DNA of 64,000 nucleotides from Candidatus Nanosyncoccus sp. (GTDB lineage Bacteria; Patescibacteriota; Saccharimonadia; Saccharimonadales; Saccharimonadaceae): assembly GCA_045578525.1 (NCBI GenBank), contig JAZNKL010000006.1, forward strand, positions 3,419-67,418, read 5' to 3'. The notes under the pieces are model-generated. The model ran no database searches, was not told where the DNA came from, and saw only the letters and a list, made by a program, of their open reading frames with translations. Both the position numbers and the translations under genes were made by a program. Positions 40,073 to 50,332 of this stretch are shown here, piece by piece; the first letter of the stretch is position 1; each line of letters begins with the position of its first letter.

Positions 40073-41122
40073 TTCAAGTCTGTTCTTCAACACCTGTAAA
40101 AATTTTTCATATTGTTGAGAATATAAAAACCTTACACGTTTCTGAATCGACCCATTTGGTACTTGACCACGATACGATAAAACCGTATCTTCAATCGCTC
40201 TTTGGAATCTTTTGCACTGTCTTTCATTATATGATAATCCGCCAGTTTCATCTCCGTAGCCAATTTTGTTGGTGGCTTTTTCTGTCAATAGTGGTGGCCT
40301 TCCGACTCTTTGGCTGATTTTAGGATTCTCATCTAAAATTCTGGATATAATTTCAACATAATTTCCTATATCCTTATTATCTATGTAAAATACCATTGCG
40401 TCAGATCTGTCTGGAAATTGATTAATCTTGAATTCATACGGCAATTCAGCTTCTTTGCAGGCGTCTACAAATTTATTAGCAATTTCGAACGTATCTCCAG
40501 GTTCAGCGTTTAAATACAATCTACCGTCCGCATTAATACGTTTTTCTAAACCGAGTTTCTCGTCTCTCGACGAATAGTACATCCAGCCTGGCTCACTGTG
40601 CCTGTCGTATCTTAGGTGATCGAATGCCACATCAAAACCATCGTTGTCTCCATTGAAGCAATCTCTCAGTAATTCTGCTTGTGTTAACGCGTTCCGTCCG
40701 CTCTTGAGGTAGTTGTGTATTTTTTTCAGTGCATTGAAAGTATCGCCGCGCCCATATTTCTCAATTGCAGTTTGGGCATCTAAATCAATTATATTTTGCT
40801 TCCACTCTTCAAAACGCGCGCTCTCGAATCTATCTCTTGCTGGATTCTGGCTTGCCCTTATTCCTGGGTGCCATCTCTCTACATTGGACGTCATAATGGC
40901 ATCATAAAAGCCTTTTTTCTTGCTTAGATCGCAGTGCACGTACTCAACCACGGCTGAGGCTATCGTATCGAAATCCTCAGATGGTTTTTCAAATTTTGAA
41001 GGATCTATGTCCTTATTCTGTTTCTGGTATTTATTCGCCATAGCAGCGACGCTCTCCCAGCCAGTAGGCTGCAAGTTGCCTGGTGATTCTTCAGATGAAG
41101 TCTTTTCGTAATGATCTAGCAT
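40064..41122 (-). CDS. Protein with a HopA1-like C-terminal domain
   Basis: GRLYLNA..FVDACKEAELPYEFKI..RSDAMVFYI..PPLLT..IGYG. Confidence 0.5.
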   Translation of the reverse strand: MLDHYEKTSSEESPGNLQPTGWESVAAMANKYQKQNKDIDPSKFEKPSEDFDTIASAVVEYVHCDLSKKKGFYDAIMTSNVERWHPGIRASQNPARDRFESARFEEWKQNIIDLDAQTAIEKYGRGDTFNALKKIHNYLKSGRNALTQAELLRDCFNGDNDGFDVAFDHLRYDRHSEPGWMYYSSRDEKLGLEKRINADGRLYLNAEPGDTFEIANKFVDACKEAELPYEFKINQFPDRSDAMVFYIDNKDIGNYVEIISRILDENPKISQRVGRPPLLTEKATNKIGYGDETGGLSYNERQCKRFQRAIEDTVLSYRGQVPNGSIQKRVRFLYSQQYEKFLQVLKNRLEGY

Positions 41123-41177
41123 ATCTTTATTATACTATATTTTCGCGTAGCTTCACTTGAATATCCTCTCTATAAAT

Positions 41178-41270
41178 TGTTAATACCCGCCCAATTCGCC
41201 CCCCACCAAATTTTATTTAACTCGGCTTTTAGCCGATTTTTTAGTGGAAGACCTTGCTAAAGTGTTAGAA
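41178..41270 (+). repeat. Inter-cassette element copy 3 (shortened)
   Basis: TGTTAATACCC, CAATTCGCCCCCCACCA, TCGGC/GCCGA-T6, ACCTTG, TGTTAGAA. Confidence 0.75.
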
Positions 41271-41287
41271 CTTATCTCTCAAAAAAG

Positions 41288-41638
41288 CTAATCATCATCG
41301 TCATCGCCAAGAAGGTCTTGCTCATTTTCGGCAACAAGCTCCGTTGTACTATCCAGCTCACCCAATAAGCTCAACGGGTAGATGATAGCAAATAAGCCAA
41401 AAATAATAATAGAGACATAGCATACAAAATACACCCACGTGTTATCGTGTAAAAAGTTGGCTGGAACGTTTAAAAGAACAGCAACTGCTACCGCAATTGC
41501 AGCTGCAGAAATAATCCATGTCTTGCCAATTTTTGCGGCAGTACTAATTGCTTTACGAATACACATCGTATTTGCCGCAACGACTCCAAGAATCGCCGTT
41601 ATATCTTCGTTATTTTTTGATTTATTTGAATTAGCCAT
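41288..41638 (-). CDS. Small 2-TM membrane protein
   Basis: AAGGAGG SD; acidic tail. Confidence 0.75.
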   Translation of the reverse strand: MANSNKSKNNEDITAILGVVAANTMCIRKAISTAAKIGKTWIISAAAIAVAVAVLLNVPANFLHDNTWVYFVCYVSIIIFGLFAIIYPLSLLGELDSTTELVAENEQDLLGDDDDD

Positions 41639-41775
41639 TTTTTGCCTCCTTTTATACTCTCATTGTAGCATGTTACAATGTCAAAACAAGAAAAAGGCTG
41701 CTAATCCTAGCAGCCTTTCTGAATGAACCGTGTCTCAACTACTCTGGCGAATTATTACCAACTTAGACTCGACTA

Positions 41776-42480
41776 TTATTTAGTGCCGAAAATTCGATCG
41801 CCTGCATCGCCAAGACCGGGGACGATGTAACCCTTGTTATTCAGACCTTTATCAAGGTGCCCGATATAGAGTTCCACATCCGGATGTTTTTCCTGCAAAA
41901 GATTCACGCCGCGTGGCGCCGCAATGATACAGATGAACTTGATAGTATTACAGCCTGCCTCTTTCAGTTTGGTGATTGCCGCATCGGCGGAACCACCGGT
42001 CGCGAGCATAGGGTCCAGTATGAAGATCTGCCTTTCCCCTACCTCTTTCGGCATCTTCCAGAAATACTTCTGCGGCTCGAGTGTCACCTCGTCACGAAAC
42101 AACCCAATATGTCCAGTCCGAGAAGACGGCACGATCTCTTTCGCGGCATATTCCATGCCAAGACCCGCTCGCATGATCGGCGCCCAGACCAACTTCTTGC
42201 CAGCGATTTTCTTGCCAACAGTACTACATATCGGTGTTACCACCTCATATTCTTCCATCGGCAGGTCACGCGTAGCTTCATAGCAAAGCATAGTGGTTAT
42301 CTCCTCCACCAACCTTCTAAAATCTAAGCTCTTGATGTCGACACTACGCATAATGTCGATTTTGTGCTCGATCAACGGATGGGTAATAATGTGCGTGGTC
42401 GGCGCCACCTTCAGTCGCTCCATTTCGTCGTGGTCAGCAACAAGCTCGTCTTCGCACTGCAAGATCTTTTCTTTGTCCAT
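41776..42480 (-). CDS. upp: Uracil phosphoribosyltransferase
   Basis: HPLIEHK, PIMRAGLGM, GHIGLFRDE, DPMLATGGS, PGLGDAGDR. Confidence 0.96.
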   Translation of the reverse strand: MDKEKILQCEDELVADHDEMERLKVAPTTHIITHPLIEHKIDIMRSVDIKSLDFRRLVEEITTMLCYEATRDLPMEEYEVVTPICSTVGKKIAGKKLVWAPIMRAGLGMEYAAKEIVPSSRTGHIGLFRDEVTLEPQKYFWKMPKEVGERQIFILDPMLATGGSADAAITKLKEAGCNTIKFICIIAAPRGVNLLQEKHPDVELYIGHLDKGLNNKGYIVPGLGDAGDRIFGTK

Positions 42481-42580
42481 TCATGATCCCCCCTTTCTCT
42501 TAAGGAACTGTAATTGTAGCAAAAATTTTGGCCAAATTTCTTGCTTGATACCGCTTATAATTATATCATAAATATATACT

Positions 42581-43042
42581 TTAGTCAATGAGGCCGGATG
42601 TTGTAAATAGCATCATTGCTACATAGACGATGGTTAGAATCAGCCCAATCATCAGAAGTAAAATCTGTGCAATTAGAAGCGTACTACTACGGCTAGCCTG
42701 CTGATGACGCTTGCCAGCAGTTATTTTATTAGTAGACAATTTATATGCGGTAGAAAGACGTTGATGAAAACGCATATTGGCAAAATAATTGATTAGACCG
42801 ATAACAATGGAGATACTGAAAAGGCCAAGCGAAATGATGATGATATATTTTTGAGCAATATTTAGTTCACTTAAAACCTCACTCGAAGAAAAAATCGCAG
42901 CAGAAATTAATGCTAAAAAAGCAAGTGTAACCGTAATCAAATTATTGCCAAGCTGATTCTCAGTGTCATAACCAGTGATAGCAGAAGTCTCTGCGTCATC
43001 ACTTATTTCTTGTTCTATTTTATGTTCTTTTAATTCGTTCAT
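42581..43042 (-). CDS. Membrane hypothetical protein (3 TM)
   Basis: 153-aa ORF; TGCTATAAT-6-ATG. Confidence 0.75.
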   Translation of the reverse strand: MNELKEHKIEQEISDDAETSAITGYDTENQLGNNLITVTLAFLALISAAIFSSSEVLSELNIAQKYIIIISLGLFSISIVIGLINYFANMRFHQRLSTAYKLSTNKITAGKRHQQASRSSTLLIAQILLLMIGLILTIVYVAMMLFTTSGLID

Positions 43043-43097
43043 GGTTTAATTATAGCATAAAGGTTATTGAATAATCTATACACTCAGCAATTTCGCC

Positions 43098-44288
43098 TTA
43101 TCTTTTACTATCTTCAAATATTTTTTGACCTTCGATTTCCTTGGGAAGGTAGCTTTTGTCTAAATGGAAACCTGCCTCCCACTTTTGACCTTTGCCAAAA
43201 CCAAGATCTTTCATCAGTTTAGTTGGAGCATTGCGAAGATGTGTTGGGACTGGAACTCCCATGGAATTTCTAGCCAAATCTTTAGCGCGATACCAGGCAT
43301 CAATGGTATCACGATTTTTCTTGCATTTTGCGAGAACGGTTGCCACGTGGCTCAAGATTATTCCACCTTCTGGCATCCCTACGCGTTCGATAGCTTCAAA
43401 AGCAGAAACAGCTAAATTAAGTGCTCCGTTTCCAGCCAAGCCAATGTCTTCGCTAGCAAAAATTACCATACGCCTAGCAATAAACTTTGGGTCTTCACCC
43501 GCTTCCACCATTCGCGCTAGATAGTAGAGAGTCGCATCTACATCGGAACCTCTCATAGATTTAATGAAAGCAGAAATATTATCATAATGATGATCGCCAG
43601 TTTTGTCGTAACCTGGGACTTTGCGTCCAGCGGCCTCTTTAACTACATCTATATCGACTTTTTGAGATAATGACAGTGCCAACTCAAGATCCCCTAAGGC
43701 GCTTCTAGCGTCTCCGCCAGATAGTTCAGCTAGATAATCTATAGCCTTGGCATTCACACGTTTTGTAGCCTTCTCTGCTTTAATTGCACGTTTCAACACT
43801 TCTTTGATATTGTTTTTACTAAGTGGCGAAACAATTACTACACGAGAACGAGAGAGTAAAGGAGAGATGACTTCAAAACTCGGATTTTCCGTAGTGGCAC
43901 CAATTAGAATAATGAGTCCGGACTCCACATGCGGCAAAAAGGCGTCCTGCTGTGCTTTGTTGAAGCGATGAATTTCATCCACGAAAAGAACTGTCCTGGT
44001 ATTCAAGTTCCAATTCTCTTTAGCGCGCTTTACTACAGCTTCAATATCTTTCTTACCTGACGTAACTGCTGATATTTCAATAAAATCTGCTTTGTATTCC
44101 TTTGCCAAGATACGAGCGAGCGTAGTCTTACCGGTTCCTGGTGGCCCCCAAAAAATCAGATTTACCGGCTCACCCTTTTTGACAATTTCAGTCAAAATTT
44201 TGCCATCACCAATAATTGCGTCTTGGCCTATAACTTCGTCAAGTTTCTGTGGACGCATACGTTCAGCGAGCGGAACTCTATTTGTCAT
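43098..44288 (-). CDS. rarA: Replication-associated recombination protein A (RarA/MgsA)
   Basis: [46 protein letters not shown]; start at ATG 44288. Confidence 0.95.
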   Translation of the reverse strand: MTNRVPLAERMRPQKLDEVIGQDAIIGDGKILTEIVKKGEPVNLIFWGPPGTGKTTLARILAKEYKADFIEISAVTSGKKDIEAVVKRAKENWNLNTRTVLFVDEIHRFNKAQQDAFLPHVESGLIILIGATTENPSFEVISPLLSRSRVVIVSPLSKNNIKEVLKRAIKAEKATKRVNAKAIDYLAELSGGDARSALGDLELALSLSQKVDIDVVKEAAGRKVPGYDKTGDHHYDNISAFIKSMRGSDVDATLYYLARMVEAGEDPKFIARRMVIFASEDIGLAGNGALNLAVSAFEAIERVGMPEGGIILSHVATVLAKCKKNRDTIDAWYRAKDLARNSMGVPVPTHLRNAPTKLMKDLGFGKGQKWEAGFHLDKSYLPKEIEGQKIFEDSKR

Positions 44289-44319
44289 ATACATAATTAT
44301 ATCGTATAATATGTAATAT

Positions 44320-45420
44320 ATGCAATACTTAGCAGTGCTGGGCAGACAGCCAAAAATTTCAGTAGCAGAACTTGAAGCACTGTTTTCTGATGTTAATATG
44401 CTAGGACATACACTAGCTACTTTTTCTTCTAAAACGAAACCTGATATCTCAAGACTTGGTGGTACAATGAAACTCGCCCAAGAAATCAATGAAAGACCAG
44501 AAGAATACTTGCGTGCGTTAGATTACGATGGTAAATTCGTAATCGGTTTGTCTGATTATTCTAAAAATGGAAACGCGAAACGTTCACAATTCTTAGCTCT
44601 CAAAATGAAGAGAGCACTTAAAAAGCAAGGTAGAAGTGTACGAGTTCTGGAAAATAAAAATGCCGATTTATCTTCAGCCACAGTATTTCATAATCAGCTC
44701 GGAGAAAAAGCAGGGCATATAGAATTTATTAAGTATGCAAATAGGTGGTTTATCCTGATTGGAGTTCAAAATATCAATGCTTATCGCGATCGCGATCAGA
44801 ATCGTCCGGCCCGCGATGCGAAAGTAGGTATGTTACCACCAAAACTAGCACAAATCTTGATTAATCTTTGTGGGCCACTCAAATCGGGTGCACGAGTTTT
44901 AGACCCATTTTGTGGAACAGGAGTGGTACTACAAGAAGCGCTTCTAATGGGGCATTCGGCTTATGGCACCGACGCTAGCGAGCGGATGGTAGAGTATGCA
45001 AAGAGGAATTTAGAGTGGCTAGCGATTCCGACAGCATCATCCGTTGAGGTTGGTGATGCTACAAATTACCAGTGGCAACAGCCAATTGACGCAGTTGCGT
45101 GTGAAACCTACCTAGGACCGCCAATGTCTGAGCCACCAGTAGACATTAAACTAAAGACAGTCGAACAGGAGTGTCGCGCAATTATTGTTAATTTTCTTAA
45201 AAACCTAAGTGGTCAAATAATGAGCGAAACTCCAGTAGTTGTAGCTGTTCCGGCATGGCTTAGGCCAGACGGTAGCTACTACCGCTTAAAGATACTTGAC
45301 GAGCTCGATAAACTGGGGTATAATGTAGTGAAGAATAAAAACTTGAGTCAGAGAGATTTGCTTTACGTACGCGCGGGACAAATTGGGGCTCGAGAAATCA
45401 TAGTATTAAGAAAGAAATAA
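44320..45420 (+). CDS. TRM11-like SAM-dependent RNA methyltransferase
   Basis: GMLPPKLAQILIN, LDPFCGTG, ETYLGP. Confidence 0.8.
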   Translation: MQYLAVLGRQPKISVAELEALFSDVNMLGHTLATFSSKTKPDISRLGGTMKLAQEINERPEEYLRALDYDGKFVIGLSDYSKNGNAKRSQFLALKMKRALKKQGRSVRVLENKNADLSSATVFHNQLGEKAGHIEFIKYANRWFILIGVQNINAYRDRDQNRPARDAKVGMLPPKLAQILINLCGPLKSGARVLDPFCGTGVVLQEALLMGHSAYGTDASERMVEYAKRNLEWLAIPTASSVEVGDATNYQWQQPIDAVACETYLGPPMSEPPVDIKLKTVEQECRAIIVNFLKNLSGQIMSETPVVVAVPAWLRPDGSYYRLKILDELDKLGYNVVKNKNLSQRDLLYVRAGQIGAREIIVLRKK

Positions 45421-45421
45421 T

Positions 45422-45694
45422 ATTTCACCTGTGAAAGCCGGCGGCACCGCCAAGAATATCCACAATAACGCTGGCCAGCGCCTTGGCGTCAAGCGTTTTG
45501 GTGGTCAAAAAGTTAAAAATGGTGAAGTAATTGTTCGTCAAACTGGTAGCACTAAAATTGCTGGTCCTGGCACTTATATGTCTAAAAACTTTACTATCCA
45601 TGCTGCTAAAGATGGCGTAGTTACTTTCGTCAAGACCAAGAAAACTCATTTTTCTGGTAAAAGCCTACCAAGAGTTCGCGTAGAAGTTAGATAA
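45422..45694 (+). CDS. rpmA: 50S ribosomal protein bL27 (start ATT 45422 or GTG 45431)
   Basis: KAGG..RLGVKRFGGQ..IVRQTG..IHAAKDG. Confidence 0.92.
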   Translation: MSPVKAGGTAKNIHNNAGQRLGVKRFGGQKVKNGEVIVRQTGSTKIAGPGTYMSKNFTIHAAKDGVVTFVKTKKTHFSGKSLPRVRVEVR

Positions 45695-45759
45695 ATTAAA
45701 CCGCCTTTAAAGGCGGTTTTTTGTTGCTTTGTTTTTACTTCTTATGCTATACTATAAGC

Positions 45760-47568
45760 ATGAGTAATATATTAATAATTGGGAATATTCTAAAAGATGT
45801 TTATCTAAGATTAGATGAACGCCAAAATAATTTTGAAATTGACCAGAGTGGTACGCCTTGGCTCGATTTAGGGTTTGACGGGAGCTCATATAGCTTTTTC
45901 CGCCGAACAAGTATTTATGGTGGTGCAGCAGTAGCATTAGAAGTGCTAAATCGCTTTGATTTCTCCGCGCGAATCGCTGGTGCTAAGCTTGGCTTCGTTG
46001 GAGGCTCAATCGTATCTAACAACCAAAAAGCAGATGATTATCGTTATATGCTTTGTCACGGGAATAAGATTTCTTATATCGTGCCAAACGAACGAACGGA
46101 AACTAAATGGGTAATGCCAGACGAAGCAATAGATTGGATTTTCGTAGATCGTTCAGCAGGAATTTCTGACAATTTAGTCAAAGAACTGAAGAAATTCTTA
46201 GCGATTTCTAACAAAACTCGTTTAGCTGTTTACGCGCCGAAAGAGCTAACAAGCGCTGAAAAAGAATTGATAGAAATGGCTGAGATGATTTTTGCAGACG
46301 AAGATTTGCCAGAGCTAAAGGGCAAAGATTCTGTTTGCTACATCTCCGATCAAGACATATCACTAAACGGTCACTCACAAACTTGGCGCATCGAGCGTAC
46401 TGACCTCATGACACATCTTACCGTGCACTCCATCATTGCTGCAACTGTATTTGGAGCATTGACTAAGGGAATGTCCGTAGAAGATGCTTTGCGATATGCT
46501 AAGATTAATGCCGAAGGTTCTTCCCTTTCTGGTACGATGCCTTTAGAAAAAATTAAGGAAATTGCTGACAACCAAAAAATCGAAGAAACCGACATTCGCC
46601 TTGTGGCAGCAACTATGATGACAGACGGTAAAGGAATCCTAGCGGCTGATGAATCTGGCGGAAATATTCATCAAAAATTTGAAGGTTTAATGATACCTGA
46701 TGATGAAAAACATCGCAGAGATTATCGCAACTTATTACTTTCCACTCCAGAGTTAGAGCGATATGTAAATGCCGTAATTCTGTTTGACGAAACTACCAAG
46801 CAAAAATCTGACGATGGAAGAGATTTCGTATCGTATTTGACCGCACACGGTATTATCCCTGGCGTAAAGGTTGATGAAGGTTTAGAAAACTTCCCAGATT
46901 CCGATGAGAAATATACCAAAGGTCTAGATGGACTCAAAGAACGCCTTCCAGAATATTACAACAGGGGATTACGTTTCTGTAAGTGGCGTGCAGCGTTTGA
47001 TATTGACCTTGGCAAACCGTCTGATATGGCAATTTTGAAAAATTGCCAGTTGCTAGCAGAGTACGCTAAAATCTGTCAGGACAACAACTTAGTACCAATT
47101 GTCGAGCCAGAAGTTCAATATGATGGCAATTACACATTGCAACAAAACGCAGATACCACCGCAAAGATTCTCGATATCCTCTTCGATGAGCTTGCAAAGG
47201 CAGGTGTGAAATTAGACGCAACCATTCTTAAAGTTAACATGGTGCTAGCTGGTAAAAAATATCCGATTCAATCCACTCCAGAAGAGGTTGGACGTGCAAC
47301 CGCCGACGTGCTCAAAAGTCACGTTCCAGAGAATATTGCCGGTGTAGTATTCTTGTCTGGAGGACAAACTGTTGAACAGGCAACAGAAAACTTGCAGGCA
47401 GTTATAAACAATGGTCCATTTGCCTTCCCTCTCACATTCTCGTTCTCCCGCGCATTACAGATGCCAGCGCTCGAAACTTGGAAGGGCGACAATGAAAAGA
47501 TCGGTGTGGCGCAAGATGCCTTTAAGGCACGTCTCGTAGCCAATACTGAGGCATTGAAGAAAAAATAG
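45760..47568 (+). CDS. Degenerate PfkB-like domain fused to class I fructose-bisphosphate aldolase
   Basis: C-terminal half GKGILAADES, ILFDET, KWRA, PIVEPEV, FLSGGQ, FSFSRALQ; N-terminal half IIGNILKDVY, GGAA. Confidence 0.85.
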   Translation: MSNILIIGNILKDVYLRLDERQNNFEIDQSGTPWLDLGFDGSSYSFFRRTSIYGGAAVALEVLNRFDFSARIAGAKLGFVGGSIVSNNQKADDYRYMLCHGNKISYIVPNERTETKWVMPDEAIDWIFVDRSAGISDNLVKELKKFLAISNKTRLAVYAPKELTSAEKELIEMAEMIFADEDLPELKGKDSVCYISDQDISLNGHSQTWRIERTDLMTHLTVHSIIAATVFGALTKGMSVEDALRYAKINAEGSSLSGTMPLEKIKEIADNQKIEETDIRLVAATMMTDGKGILAADESGGNIHQKFEGLMIPDDEKHRRDYRNLLLSTPELERYVNAVILFDETTKQKSDDGRDFVSYLTAHGIIPGVKVDEGLENFPDSDEKYTKGLDGLKERLPEYYNRGLRFCKWRAAFDIDLGKPSDMAILKNCQLLAEYAKICQDNNLVPIVEPEVQYDGNYTLQQNADTTAKILDILFDELAKAGVKLDATILKVNMVLAGKKYPIQSTPEEVGRATADVLKSHVPENIAGVVFLSGGQTVEQATENLQAVINNGPFAFPLTFSFSRALQMPALETWKGDNEKIGVAQDAFKARLVANTEALKKK

Positions 47569-47620
47569 GCAGCATACAAAAAATAATCTCCTTTCGGAGA
47601 TTATTTTTTTATTATTTAGA

Positions 47621-48334
47621 TTACTCTTCGTTCTTTGCTTCGCCACCTTCAGCAGCTTCTTCAGGTTTACTACCATTATCAGAAGGAACATCTGCAGCTT
47701 CAGTGGTTTCACCAGCAGCAGCGGCTTCTTTGGCAGCAGCTTCTTCTGCTTCGCGTTGTGCAGCAACAGCAGCAGGGTCATAAAGACTAGCGATTACCTG
47801 ATCTTTACTTAGTTCCTTATCGGCTAGTTCTACGCCTGCAGGAAGTTCAAGATCGGCGATGGTTAATTTATCATCTAGATTTGCAAGCTTAGAGGCATCC
47901 AAAGTTAATTCTTTTGGAAGGTCGGCTGGTTTAGCCTTAACTTCAATTTCCTCAATAGACTGAGTATAAACATAATGCAACTTGTTCGCTTCGGAAGTTT
48001 CAAAGCCGGTAATAACGATAGGTGTAACAGCTTCAACTGGCTTATCAGCGGATACAGCTTGAAACTCTACATTTACGACTTTACGAGAAACTGGATCAAC
48101 TGCGATATCTTTTACGATGACCATCAGCGGCTTCTTATCGATAGTGACGTCGATAGTAGAGTGATATCCAGCGGCTTTTAGAACCTTCTCGGTATCATTG
48201 TAGGTAGATTGAACCATGATTGGATCGTTTCCGTCACCATAGATAACAGATGGGATAAGACCCTCAGCGCGAAGTTTAGCAACTTTTTTGCCAGAGACAG
48301 TGCGCTTTTCTAGAGACAATTTGTTGTCAGACAT
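47621..48334 (-). CDS. rplY: 50S ribosomal protein bL25/Ctc
   Basis: LRAEGLIPSVIYG; acidic Ala/Glu tail. Confidence 0.92.
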   Translation of the reverse strand: MSDNKLSLEKRTVSGKKVAKLRAEGLIPSVIYGDGNDPIMVQSTYNDTEKVLKAAGYHSTIDVTIDKKPLMVIVKDIAVDPVSRKVVNVEFQAVSADKPVEAVTPIVITGFETSEANKLHYVYTQSIEEIEVKAKPADLPKELTLDASKLANLDDKLTIADLELPAGVELADKELSKDQVIASLYDPAAVAAQREAEEAAAKEAAAAGETTEAADVPSDNGSKPEEAAEGGEAKNEE

Positions 48335-48407
48335 ATTATTTCCTCAAAAATTATTATTTCTTTTAACTTCCCTATATTTTACCGCATTTTCTTGAGAATT
48401 GCAAGGG

Positions 48408-50192
48408 CTAGAGAGTCTTTTTCTTCTTTTCGCGAGTAAAGAATTTGAGACGATCACCGACCGAAAGATTTATTTTATGCTCAGTCTTCAAGGCTAGACC
48501 GCCTATTTCACCAGAAACCAGTTCCGTAACATCCATCTTTTCCTTCTGGACGCTTACAACTTCAACCTCACCAAGTTCTTCCTTGTTGTGAAATGCGCGG
48601 GCGAGCATACCAGCAGAAACTTTTCCTTTCAGTACTTCGCCACCAGCAATAATCGATGTCTTTTCAGTGCGGAAAACGCCTTCTATCTTCATTTCTCCGG
48701 TGTCTTCTTCCACGATCTCTGCATCGAGAAGATCTTCCATGGAATGTTTAGCATCATCCAATAGTTCGTAGATGACTTTATAGCATCTAATCGGCACACC
48801 ATCTCTTGCGGCCATTTTAGCGATGTTGGTTGGTACGGTAACATTAAATCCATAAATCACTGTATTCTCGCCGTTTGCCATATAAACATCATTTTCAGTG
48901 ATGTCACCAACGCCAGTGGCAACAATATTAAGCGTGATTTCACCTTTAGTGTCAATCATTTTGAGGCTATCAACAACAGAGGTAACAGACCCTAAAACGT
49001 CGCCTTTTATTAATACGTTGAAAACTTTAGAGTTATCAGCAGTATTCATCATGCGCAAAAGATCAGATGAAGTAACATTAGCAGAAGCCGAAGCATCGGC
49101 CGTAGCATTGGCATTTAAGAGCGCCATTTTGCGAGCGGTTTTCTCGTCTTCAACTTCGATAAATCTATCACCAAAATCTGGAAGTTCTTTGAATCCAGTA
49201 ACCGTGACAGGAGTGCTTGGAGTGGCTTTCCCTTTTGGACGACCTTTAAAATCAACCATCGTACGTATTTTTGCATAAGTTGAGCCAGCCACGATAAACT
49301 CGCCGGTTTTCAACTCACCTCCAGTAACTAGAAGATTTACAACTGAACCCTTACCGATCTCCATATGACTTTCGATGACGAGGCCTTCTGCTGGAATATC
49401 GATATCAGCCTTAAGTTCTTCCATATCGGCAATTAATAGAATCATATCAAGAAGCTTATCTAGATTCTGGTTCATCTTTGCAGAAATTGGCACCATTGTG
49501 ATGTCGCCACCCCACTCTTCTGGTTGGAGTCCATGCTGTGCAAGGTCAGCCATTGTACGTGGAATATCTGCACCCTCACGATCAATCTTATTAATCGCAA
49601 CAATAATTTTTGCGTTGGCACCTTGAGCGAATTTAATTGCTTCTATAGTCTGAGGTTTTACACCATCATCTGCAGCGACAACAATCACGACAATATCAGT
49701 TAGCATTGCGCCATGTTGACGAATTACTGCAAAGGCCTCGTGACCTGGCGTATCAAGAAAGGTAATTTTTCTACCATCATGCTCTAACTGGTAAGCAGAA
49801 ATATGTTGAGTAATGCCACCAGCTTCGGCCTCGACTGTTTTTTTATTGAGTAATGTATCAAGAAGAGTAGTCTTACCGTGATCAACATGGCCCATAACTG
49901 CCACAACTGGTGGACGCTCTACAGCTTTATCAGAAAGCTCGTGAGTCTCATTAGAAATTTTTGTAGCAGAGTTTTTCTTTTCTAGTTTTACTCCTTCAAT
50001 ACCAAGCTCGTCGATGATAATTGCTGCAGTATCGTAATCAAGGCGCTGATTGATGGTCGCAACAATTCCTTCTTTAAATAGTTGTCCGATCAAAGTAGTA
50101 ACCGTAAGACCAAGGGCATTAGCTAGCTCATCAACAGTGATAGAACCAGCAATTTGAATAATTTTTTCGGGATTCTTCTGATTATCGCTCAC
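48408..50192 (-). CDS. infB: Translation initiation factor IF-2 (short N-terminus)
   Basis: GHVDHGKTT, GGITQHI, DTPGHEAF, NKID. Confidence 0.96.
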   Translation of the reverse strand: MSDNQKNPEKIIQIAGSITVDELANALGLTVTTLIGQLFKEGIVATINQRLDYDTAAIIIDELGIEGVKLEKKNSATKISNETHELSDKAVERPPVVAVMGHVDHGKTTLLDTLLNKKTVEAEAGGITQHISAYQLEHDGRKITFLDTPGHEAFAVIRQHGAMLTDIVVIVVAADDGVKPQTIEAIKFAQGANAKIIVAINKIDREGADIPRTMADLAQHGLQPEEWGGDITMVPISAKMNQNLDKLLDMILLIADMEELKADIDIPAEGLVIESHMEIGKGSVVNLLVTGGELKTGEFIVAGSTYAKIRTMVDFKGRPKGKATPSTPVTVTGFKELPDFGDRFIEVEDEKTARKMALLNANATADASASANVTSSDLLRMMNTADNSKVFNVLIKGDVLGSVTSVVDSLKMIDTKGEITLNIVATGVGDITENDVYMANGENTVIYGFNVTVPTNIAKMAARDGVPIRCYKVIYELLDDAKHSMEDLLDAEIVEEDTGEMKIEGVFRTEKTSIIAGGEVLKGKVSAGMLARAFHNKEELGEVEVVSVQKEKMDVTELVSGEIGGLALKTEHKINLSVGDRLKFFTREKKKKTL

Positions 50193-50332
50193 GTTTACTC
50201 CTTTCTGTTTATGCGTTTACGTCTAAAAAATAGACACACAAAATTACCTCTTTATTTTATCATAGTTCTAGATATTTGCCAAATTATGTTATTACTATTC
50301 CATTTTTTAGTAAAGTATGTTATAATAAATAT

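Noticed and set aside
39013-41270. Classical integron attC sites
   Set aside because: GTTAAGT fits GTTRRRY, but the boxes are direct rather than inverted, with no RYYYAAC..GTTRRRY pairing and no intI. Kept only as an atypical cassette array.
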